Shown here: piece by piece, positions 55,826 through 64,000 of the stretch | Position numbering within the stretch: the stretch's first letter is position 1 | Layout of the letters: every line of letters starts with the position of its first letter | Virus record (IMG/VR): IMGVR_UViG_3300023198_001252 | Coordinates: 6,320 to 70,319 of that record | Source: a virus | Direction: 5' to 3' (one strand) | DNA: 64,000 nucleotides | Notes under the pieces: model-generated | What the model was told of the DNA's origin: nothing | Database searches by the model: none | Seen by the model: the letters and a program-made list of their open reading frames with translations, nothing else | Program-made: the position numbers and the translations under genes

Positions 55826-56225
55826 AGATAAATTCCCCTTTGTGGTTTAATTAATTTTATTATTATTATAGTGTTGTATAATCTCTTATATCACACCCCT
55901 TCATTATTTAATTTTTCATTAATTGCAGCAGTAATAAAATCTTCAATTGTAATATTATTTTTTGCTACAAAAGATTTAATTAATTCAATAATGCTTTTAT
56001 TCAATAAGCTTTTTATTCTGTTCTATACCCCCCATTTACAATTATTTTTATAAATAAAAAAAGACCCTCATTATTACCATCAGTTTTGACCAGTATATAA
56101 CAACCACACAATTGGTATATACAAACTAATGATATTAAAAAGAGTCTTTGTTGTGTGTATTTTTATTCCTCGGTCAAAAGGATAATTGATAATAACATAG
56201 CCTAAATAATTAGTCTAGTATTATT

Positions 56226-56582
56226 TTATTTAGTTTTTAACAATCCTAGTTTTTTTAGTTTCTCTTCTACATTTTTTCTAACGGTTTCAGGATCTTTAAA
56301 TTTCCTCCTTTGAGGATTTAATATTTTCGCTCCACAACCACCACAATATTTAGATTTTTCAACATTGCCGGTATACTCACAAATATCACATTTAAAAAAT
56401 CCTATAGTATTTTCATATCCATAAAAAGAAATTATACTATCTTTATGCTTATTAAATAAAAATTCATATAATACTCTTAATATTCCAGGTTTATATTCTT
56501 TTTTTCTAATTAAAGCCTTTTTTAATCTTTTTTGTACCTTAAGTAGTTTCTTTTTATTCTTACCCCTTACTATTATTTTCAT
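56226..56582 (-). CDS. zinc-ribbon protein
   Basis: FKCDIC...YCGGCGAK. Confidence 0.6.
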   Translation of the reverse strand: MKIIVRGKNKKKLLKVQKRLKKALIRKKEYKPGILRVLYEFLFNKHKDSIISFYGYENTIGFFKCDICEYTGNVEKSKYCGGCGAKILNPQRRKFKDPETVRKNVEEKLKKLGLLKTK

Positions 56583-56817
56583 ACTTCTATTCCTTTATAT
56601 ATTTTAAATATATCCTCTAAAACCTTATTACTATCTACATTTGCATTACTTTTTGTATTATTAGACCAGTCATTATAATTCATATATTAATCCCTTTTGT
56701 ATTCCCTTCAAACACTCAAAACAGTATCACTATTAAATATATACTTTATTTTTGAATACAACTATGTTATTATAGAAAATGTACTTAGTGATACTGTTTT
56801 GAGTGTTTTATTATTTA

Positions 56818-57354
56818 CTAATCTATTTCTAGTTGTTCCCACCTATTTGTAGTAGTTAAAATAAAAGGAGGATCACAAATAAAAATATCTACACTCTTTA
56901 TTTCATCCTTACCTTTTACATCTTCTAAAACCCCTGTTAATAATTCATAAATAAAATACCCTGATTTAGTTACTGCGTGTATCATAAGTTTTTCAGAATA
57001 TACATTAGAAGGAAGTTGTTTTTGTATGACATATCCATTAACATTACGATACATATAACACACTTTACCTATGTTTGATTTAACGTAATCCGGATTAATT
57101 ATAATATCTAAATTATAAACTGCTCTAAATGGATCTTCTTTAGCTTCTTCAATTAATAAACTTTCAGGATCTTCTATAGTTATCCATTCATTATTAATTA
57201 ATTTATCAAATTGACATTTTTCATTTTTAGGATTAGGTATATTATATAAATCCATTGCTTTTTTTAATTGTGTCTTTTCAAAATAATCTACTTTTGACCA
57301 TATTGACCAATGAACATAATAAAAAACTCTATATAATGCTTTATCTTCTGACAT
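56818..57354 (-). CDS. hypothetical protein
   Basis: GGGG RBS; open frame. Confidence 0.65.
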   Translation of the reverse strand: MSEDKALYRVFYYVHWSIWSKVDYFEKTQLKKAMDLYNIPNPKNEKCQFDKLINNEWITIEDPESLLIEEAKEDPFRAVYNLDIIINPDYVKSNIGKVCYMYRNVNGYVIQKQLPSNVYSEKLMIHAVTKSGYFIYELLTGVLEDVKGKDEIKSVDIFICDPPFILTTTNRWEQLEID

Positions 57355-57377
57355 AATTTAACCCCTTTATATAATTA

Positions 57378-57725
57378 TCAACCAGCTAATTTAATATATT
57401 CCTGAGCAAGAGCATAAAAACATCTTTCATCATTATACATAGTAATAACATCAATTTTAGATATTTTACCTTTTTGCTCTTCAACAATCTTAAAAACATC
57501 ATGTCCAGATACATTAGAATAAATTGTATAAAGGTTGTTAAAAGCTGCTCTGTAATCTTTCTTTTCAGTCAGAGAAACATAATTTTGTATTAGATTAACG
57601 GCAGCTTTTCTAAACATTTCATTTTTAACATCATACCATGCTGCTTTAAGCGCATTACTTTTATCATAACCAGCTCTTCTATAACTTCCGGCAATTGTCA
57701 TTATTCTTACCATATCATATTTCAT
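57378..57725 (-). CDS. hypothetical early protein
   Basis: Behind the conserved promoter/leader; SNALKAAW motif. Confidence 0.75.
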   Translation of the reverse strand: MKYDMVRIMTIAGSYRRAGYDKSNALKAAWYDVKNEMFRKAAVNLIQNYVSLTEKKDYRAAFNNLYTIYSNVSGHDVFKIVEEQKGKISKIDVITMYNDERCFYALAQEYIKLAG

Positions 57726-57806
57726 ATTAACTCCTTAAGTTTATATTGCTTGTAACCCCTTACAAGCTCTTATTAATAATATAATACATTAAAAGTAAAA
57801 AGTCAA
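57726..57806 (-). promoter_or_regulatory. early promoter + leader palindrome + RBS
   Basis: TTGACT-17-TATATT; palindrome at 57748-57767; AAACTTAAGGAGTTAA. Confidence 0.8.
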
Positions 57807-58175
57807 GTATTATTTTAATTAAAAAAAAGTTTTATTTAGTAATAAAAGACATTTCAAAATTATCTCCACACATTGGAGAATCATTTGCATAAGCTGATAA
57901 TATTTGTCCATATCCTTCTACAATTGGAACATAAAAAAGAAAACATCCACCATCTCCCCACTTATCAAAATGTTTACATTGTTTACATTTTATATCTTGT
58001 GTATATGCTTTTTGTAAATCCGTCATAATACTTCCCCCAACTCACCAATCATTAGTAAAAGATTCATATTTAATTGAAGTGTATTCGTTTACAAATTCTA
58101 TAAATTTTTCTTTTAAATCTGTAGGAATCTCTTTCATGCTTTTTATTTCTTGTTTATACTCATTATTATCTTCCA

Positions 58176-58763
58176 TTACTGTATGTATTCAATTATATAA
58201 TTTATTATATTCCCAATTCCTTTTTCCTCCTCACCCTGTTTTACAATTATAACAGTACAATTCAATTCTTTTTTTAAAAATGTAATTCGTTTTTTGTCTT
58301 TCATTTTTTGTTTTTTTGAATCATGATAATATTCATAATATTCAATTATAAGGTTTACGCTATACATATAACAATCAACTGAATACTTACCTACAGGATA
58401 CTGATAGATAGTAAACTCTCTAAACGTAAAAAAAGATTTTATTTGCTTTAGCGTCTTCTCTAAAGCCTCAAAAAAAATTATCTCTTTTCTATTTTGTCGT
58501 CCTATAGTACATTTTAATGTCTCTCTTTGTTTTAAAAGTAAAGCCACTTCTTTTGTTATCCAATATTCTACAGGCCTTCTTCCACCTGTAGATTTTCCAT
58601 AGCACTTCCAATAATCATAAGTATCATGAAGATTAAAATCATTTATACGATTAATAATCCAATCACGAAATCTATGTTTTATCCCTAATCCAGAATAAAT
58701 TTTCTCAGCATTAATCAGTCCTATTTTTTCATTATCTGTTAATTCATATTCCACTTTACACAT
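58176..58763 (-). CDS. AntA/AntB antirepressor domain fused to a DUF559/Vsr-like nuclease domain
   Basis: INAEKIY...FRDWI..RI...GGRRPVEYWIT; QYPVGKYSVDCY...IIEY. Confidence 0.7.
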   Translation of the reverse strand: MCKVEYELTDNEKIGLINAEKIYSGLGIKHRFRDWIINRINDFNLHDTYDYWKCYGKSTGGRRPVEYWITKEVALLLKQRETLKCTIGRQNRKEIIFFEALEKTLKQIKSFFTFREFTIYQYPVGKYSVDCYMYSVNLIIEYYEYYHDSKKQKMKDKKRITFLKKELNCTVIIVKQGEEEKGIGNIINYIIEYIQ

Positions 58764-59097
58764 CCTATTAACTTACACTAAACTGTAACATTAGTCTTAG
58801 CAATTGTCAAGTATTAAATATTGGGCTTTTTTAATTTATACTATATTTGTTACTTATATAATAACTTCTCTACTACCTTCTCTCAGTTGCTTAAAATGTA
58901 CCCTTCCTGCAATGTTTTCATTGTTTTCAACTACGTATATGTTTTTACTATTATATTGCTTAAAATGCCTATTTTTTATTTACACATTACTTTATTTCTT
59001 ACATATTTATTAACAATAACTACCCACCTCTATTATCTATTTTTATATTAAGAATTATTATACTACTTTTTTATGGATTATATGTGTTATTTCTCAG

Positions 59098-60708
59098 CTA
59101 AGTACTAAAATTAATCTTTTTATAAAAAGTAAATCTTTCACTAGAATTATTAGTAAGGTCTGCTATTAGCTTATATATAAATATATTATTATATAGTTTA
59201 GTTTCTATACATTTATAGACTTTATTTTTTAATAAAATAATTAATGGCTGATATTTTAAAAATTTAGTATTATTTTTTATAATATTAACAATATGATTGT
59301 TTTTAGTCTTTAATTTAGTTTTATATTGAGAAATAGTCTTTTTTAAAAAGTATTCTTTTAATTTATTAAATTTATTAGCTAAATGTATAGGAACAGCAAT
59401 AGCATCATGTACAGAAAAAATTGAGCCATTTTTTTTTGCTGCTATAAATAATTTTCTAATTACTTCTGATTCAATAAACTGTGTCCATTCTGAATTAATT
59501 TTAAATAAATAAGTAGAAATTTCAGGAAACGCTTTTTTTGCGCCCTCAATGATATCATTAGCATCAAATTTAAAAATAGGAACATCATTTGGAATACTAT
59601 GTTTTTCTCTAATTAAGATATCTGAAATTTGAGTCTTTTTATGCAGCTTTAATTTATGTAGTTCTTTATTAATAGAATAGATAACAGCTTCTTTACCATG
59701 CCCATTAAATAATAAAATACAAAGTGGTTTCATAATATTTCTATACTGTCTGACATAATAATCATTCTTATCTAATAATGGATCTAAATAACGTAATAAT
59801 CTTTTATAAACATCTTCTTTACATTTCTTACCGGTTTCTATCATATAAAAACAGTTAATAATAAATTGATTAAAATCTAATTCAATATATTTATCATGCT
59901 CCTGGATAATCTTTCTTATATGCTTTGGTATACGGCTGTAAATCCCATAGTACCTACCATATAGTTCTGTCATTGTACCGAAGTGTCGATCACATCTAAA
60001 AATTGAGTGAGCACCCTTGTATAACTCGTTATGGCTATCTAGTTTTAATTGTTCCGGATGATTCTTATCTAATATAGTAGTTTTATAATAATTTCTACTT
60101 TGGCCTTTTGTATTTGTAGGTAATCCTGCTGCTGTCAATGACTTATCTATTAGTGTCGCTTTATTTTTAGTATTATCTTTTGCTGATATATTAAATATTT
60201 GAGCATACACTAAACCAGCATTATCTTTTTTATTTAGTTTAATTCCCCATTCAGTATTAGGTAGAAGATAAATGGTTGTCATTTTACCTGGGCCATCTTG
60301 TTCATATTTTCCATCTACTTTTCTACTTAATGTGCAATAACCTTTTTCTACTTTTATTATATTAGCTTTTTGTAATACATTTATTATTTTAAGCATTCTA
60401 TCATAAGTTATGTAAGGATGATTTTTTAATAGTAAACACCAACCATCATTAGAGTCTGGGAATAACTCATGTAGATTTTTTTTAACATAAAATTGGGGAG
60501 ATAGATAAAAAGAAATTTGTTTTATTTTTTCCTTATCTTCTTTCCGTGTCCATAAATAACATAGAATAGTAGTAAATGCTTTTTTTAATTCATTTTTTTT
60601 ATAATGTGGAGCACCATGAAATAGACATTTAAATGTATTGGATAAGTCATTATATTTTGAATAATCTAGTACTAATGATTGTTTTGTTTTTTTATCTATT
60701 CGTTTCAT
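59098..60708 (-). CDS. divergent PolA-superfamily (TV-Pol-like) polymerase
   Basis: YGRYY, motif A YIELDF, motif B RNIMK..ILLFNG, QFIESEV, motif C SVHDA. Confidence 0.55.
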   Translation of the reverse strand: MKRIDKKTKQSLVLDYSKYNDLSNTFKCLFHGAPHYKKNELKKAFTTILCYLWTRKEDKEKIKQISFYLSPQFYVKKNLHELFPDSNDGWCLLLKNHPYITYDRMLKIINVLQKANIIKVEKGYCTLSRKVDGKYEQDGPGKMTTIYLLPNTEWGIKLNKKDNAGLVYAQIFNISAKDNTKNKATLIDKSLTAAGLPTNTKGQSRNYYKTTILDKNHPEQLKLDSHNELYKGAHSIFRCDRHFGTMTELYGRYYGIYSRIPKHIRKIIQEHDKYIELDFNQFIINCFYMIETGKKCKEDVYKRLLRYLDPLLDKNDYYVRQYRNIMKPLCILLFNGHGKEAVIYSINKELHKLKLHKKTQISDILIREKHSIPNDVPIFKFDANDIIEGAKKAFPEISTYLFKINSEWTQFIESEVIRKLFIAAKKNGSIFSVHDAIAVPIHLANKFNKLKEYFLKKTISQYKTKLKTKNNHIVNIIKNNTKFLKYQPLIILLKNKVYKCIETKLYNNIFIYKLIADLTNNSSERFTFYKKINFST

Positions 60709-60859
60709 TTGTTCTTATTTCACCTAATAAATGATATATATATATTTATCTGTGCAGTGTATTGTCCAACTGTCATATAATTTGCATCACTATAATCAAT
60801 TTTGTCTAATGAATCTATATTTTTATCCACTGTTTACCCTTTATATATTAGTAAGTACC

Positions 60860-61483
60860 TCATTTGCCCTGTTTAAATGTTTTATTAATGAATAAAAGAA
60901 AATCTTGATGAAATTCACAATTTTCGTAATCTTCATAATTATCATATTCTTCAGGTCTATATTCCGTATAAAAATCAATATACTTTTGTACTGCCTCTTC
61001 TTTTCCAGAGCATCCAGAACCACAATGTTCAAGACAATAACTTAAGCATTCTATTCTACCATTAACACAATTAGCTACACTATCTATAAACAAGTCATCA
61101 TAATTTATTATCATTGGAAGAGCATTTATTTGCTGTAAAGCTTTTACTATATTTGTTCTTACTTTTTCATTTGCGTTTTTTATACACGTAGAAAGTCGTA
61201 TTAAATTATATCTATCAAATGTTAATTCTAAAATATTTAGGTGGTAAGCTTTTGTACTACCTGGATAAATCCAATTATCTTTCTTTTTAATTTTATATTT
61301 ATACTCAGTGCTTAAAGCAGATGCAATATTACTAGCTCCTATTTTATCCTGAAGTGTTAGCAAATGATATATATTTAGATGAGCTATATATTTCCCAATT
61401 GTCATATAATTTGTATCGAGTTCATTTAATAATGCTATGCTATTATCCATTTTTATATCCCCCTTATTTATGCATACATACAA
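60860..61483 (-). CDS. hypothetical protein
   Basis: Likely start at MDN (AGGGGA RBS). Confidence 0.6.
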   Translation of the reverse strand: MYVCINKGDIKMDNSIALLNELDTNYMTIGKYIAHLNIYHLLTLQDKIGASNIASALSTEYKYKIKKKDNWIYPGSTKAYHLNILELTFDRYNLIRLSTCIKNANEKVRTNIVKALQQINALPMIINYDDLFIDSVANCVNGRIECLSYCLEHCGSGCSGKEEAVQKYIDFYTEYRPEEYDNYEDYENCEFHQDFLLFINKTFKQGK

Positions 61484-61489
61484 TTAAAT

Positions 61490-61604
61490 TGCAAGCTTTA
61501 TTTTGAAAATTTTGCTAAAAATTCTACCTGTATTAGTTACTTCATACCTTTCATATATTTTTTTAATTCTCATATAATCTATCCTTATTTATCTTTACTT
61601 TTTT
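61490..61604. repeat. ~115-bp direct repeat, copy 1
   Basis: Near-identical to 62646..62760. Confidence 0.85.
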
Positions 61605-61609
61605 ATTTA

Positions 61610-61771
<162 letters not shown>

Positions 61772-61819
61772 TTATATTTTTCATTATAAGTCCTTATATA
61801 CCCTTATTTTCTCTTACTT

Positions 61820-62410
61820 TTATATATAAAAATTATTCTTAACGAAATTAATCTCTTCCCTTAAGCCTTCTGGAATATCCCCTTCTTTAATTATATTACA
61901 TATATTATCTTCTTCAAATGCAATTGCTTGAAATACATTATATTTGTGTGTGTATGTACATATAATTTCATTTAGTTCTACTTCTTCATCCTTTGTTTTT
62001 TCAGATTCACGTAATTCCATATTCATTTCTATATTGTAAGTAATTAAGCGTAAAGCATTTGATTTTATTATTAAATGGGTGTTATTATTAATTTCTATAA
62101 CCGTACCTTTTTTTAATAAATTAGTTCTAAAAATAGACTCATCATACTCTAATGCTGTGAGAGAAAAATCTTGTTTGGCATACATGATAAAATTATTACA
62201 TTTAGCTTGTATATGTTCCGGCAATATTGTATATGTGGTTTTCATATTATTTTTACTATCCACACTCATAGCTGTTATACTATGTTTTCCATTAATAGCT
62301 GTGATTATTCCTTTAATGTGTTTTCCTGCAATAAGCATACTAAAAATATCACCAGAAGATAATTTTGTAATATCTATACTTACTCTTGTTGTTGTATATT
62401 TTAAGTTCAT
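61820..62410 (-). CDS. hypothetical protein
   Basis: Open frame with AAGGA RBS. Confidence 0.65.
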   Translation of the reverse strand: MNLKYTTTRVSIDITKLSSGDIFSMLIAGKHIKGIITAINGKHSITAMSVDSKNNMKTTYTILPEHIQAKCNNFIMYAKQDFSLTALEYDESIFRTNLLKKGTVIEINNNTHLIIKSNALRLITYNIEMNMELRESEKTKDEEVELNEIICTYTHKYNVFQAIAFEEDNICNIIKEGDIPEGLREEINFVKNNFYI

Positions 62411-62645
62411 TAATTATTTCCTTATAAAAAAGTTTTTGTTAAAGCATTAGGCTCATTAGTCGGTGTAACATTTTTAGATTTTATTCGTTTTGTTATTCCA
62501 TTTCTAGTTTTAATAAAACAGTACTCTTTGTCATCAGGACAAACTTTTATATATTTTCCTTTTTTAGAACTTATCTTAAATCCTTTACCGTTAATTTATT
62601 CTTCCTATTGTTTTAATATGCATTAAAACATAAACATGATTAAAG

Positions 62646-62760
62646 TGCAAGTTTTATTTTGAAAATTTTGCTAAAAATTCTACCTGTATTAGTTACTTCA
62701 TACCTTTCATATATTTTTTTAATTCTCATATAATCTATCCTTATTTATTTTTACTTTTTT
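62646..62760. repeat. ~115-bp direct repeat, copy 2
   Basis: Near-identical to 61490..61604. Confidence 0.85.
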
Positions 62761-62862
62761 ACCATATACAGAATGATGCCCACTATTATATTTTGAAGAT
62801 GTTTTTAATACATACTCTCTTTGTTTTCTTCGTGCCTCATTATTTTCAAATAATTGCTATTT

Positions 62863-63090
62863 TCATTTTGTACCTTGCATTATAAGTATAGTAAACATAA
62901 AAATAATACAAGCCATTTGCTCAATAATTATTATTAAACTATGAATCCTTATTGCCAATTCATTTATTTTATTATTTTTATAAATTTGTAGTATTTTTAA
63001 ATACAATAGCGAATGCCCTAAGAAAAAAGGAATATGAAATAGTAAGACTAAAAATGTAAACGTCCATATTTCTTGAATTATTGAAAGCAT
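62863..63090 (-). CDS. small membrane protein
   Basis: Two hydrophobic segments. Confidence 0.55.
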   Translation of the reverse strand: MLSIIQEIWTFTFLVLLFHIPFFLGHSLLYLKILQIYKNNKINELAIRIHSLIIIIEQMACIIFMFTILIMQGTK

Positions 63091-63570
63091 AGTTTAACCT
63101 CTTTCCATAATTTTATTATTTGCTTTTTCTATTATAACATAGGTAACATAATGTATTTTTGGCTTATGCCCATTCATGATTTTTTTATTTGCTTTAGTTA
63201 CTATTTTACTTGTAACATATTTTTTCATAATTTACCTTTTTTTAACATTTTAATTATTTCATGAGCATTTTTCCCATACATACAAGAACCATCCTTATAT
63301 TGAATACAACAATTCTCAATAATACCATGCCCACAACAAGTATTCATCAATCCTGGTAATGTACCTAGACAAGCATCATGGCCTTCTTTTGTAAGAAATA
63401 TCACATTCTCTATCAGGGTTTAAAGATACCTTTTCTCCTGTATCAATATATATCTATTTACCATTTTTTACTTCTCGTATTTTATGCCTTCTATGAGTAC
63501 TAAAAAAATTTTCACTCATAATTACCTTTTAGCATTGTGTATTTATTAGATATGTTATTTGACTTCACTA

Positions 63571-63855
63571 TCATTTATGTTCTCCTTTTATTTTTTTAAT
63601 ATTTATAAAATCTTGTATTTGATATACCCATTTAAAAAATTCAGCATATCCTTCTTTAATAAAATTATCATGTGTGTCATCAGTTACTACAATATAACTG
63701 CCCTGCCATCCATCATGTATAATTTCTTGATTATTAACTATTGCTTGTTTTAAGTCACCTTTCCATAAACGAGCCTCCCCAATATCTACTTCCCCTCCCT
63801 CATACCATTTACCAGAAGATCTAAAAAAATCTACTCTTATTTTCATTATAACCAC
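63571..63855 (-). CDS. conserved phage hypothetical protein
   Basis: IRVDFFRSSGKWYEGGEV motif. Confidence 0.65.
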   Translation of the reverse strand: MVIMKIRVDFFRSSGKWYEGGEVDIGEARLWKGDLKQAIVNNQEIIHDGWQGSYIVVTDDTHDNFIKEGYAEFFKWVYQIQDFINIKKIKGEHK

Positions 63856-64000
63856 CTTTTAAAAATTATATCTTGTTTATCTTCTCTACTAAATCTACTG
63901 CATTCACCAACAACATTCTTTATTTTACTATTTCTACATTCAGGAGAATATTCAAAATAACAATCTTTACATCTTTCTTTAGGAGAAGGAAAACAAGCTT

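Overview
Very AT-rich 64 kb segment of a tailed dsDNA phage with a long-tailed (sipho-type) morphogenesis module. No integrase is visible and the host cannot be assigned from sequence alone. Layout: (i) 1-5.5 kb, leftward replication block with a wHTH initiator carrying an internal origin-like region; (ii) 5.6-17.1 kb, rightward early cassettes behind repeated TTGACT promoters (RNA ligase, primase, SprT-like protease, HNHs, three DNA methyltransferases, IS607-type remnants); (iii) 17.2-48.9 kb, leftward virion module (terminase with two tandem inteins, portal, head, tail, tape measure, holin-like gene with a stand-alone response regulator); (iv) 48.9-64 kb, mostly leftward accessory region with a disrupted Cas12f/TnpB-like gene, KilA-N, IS1595, ParB-like and PolA-superfamily genes. 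Most notable result: two copies of one guide-RNA scaffold linked by compensatory base changes. One is split (tracr-like RNA plus a 37-nt CRISPR-type repeat) beside the Cas12f-like gene. The other is a fused natural single-guide RNA 13 kb away under its own phage promoter. All product calls come from motif recognition by eye; no database searches were run.
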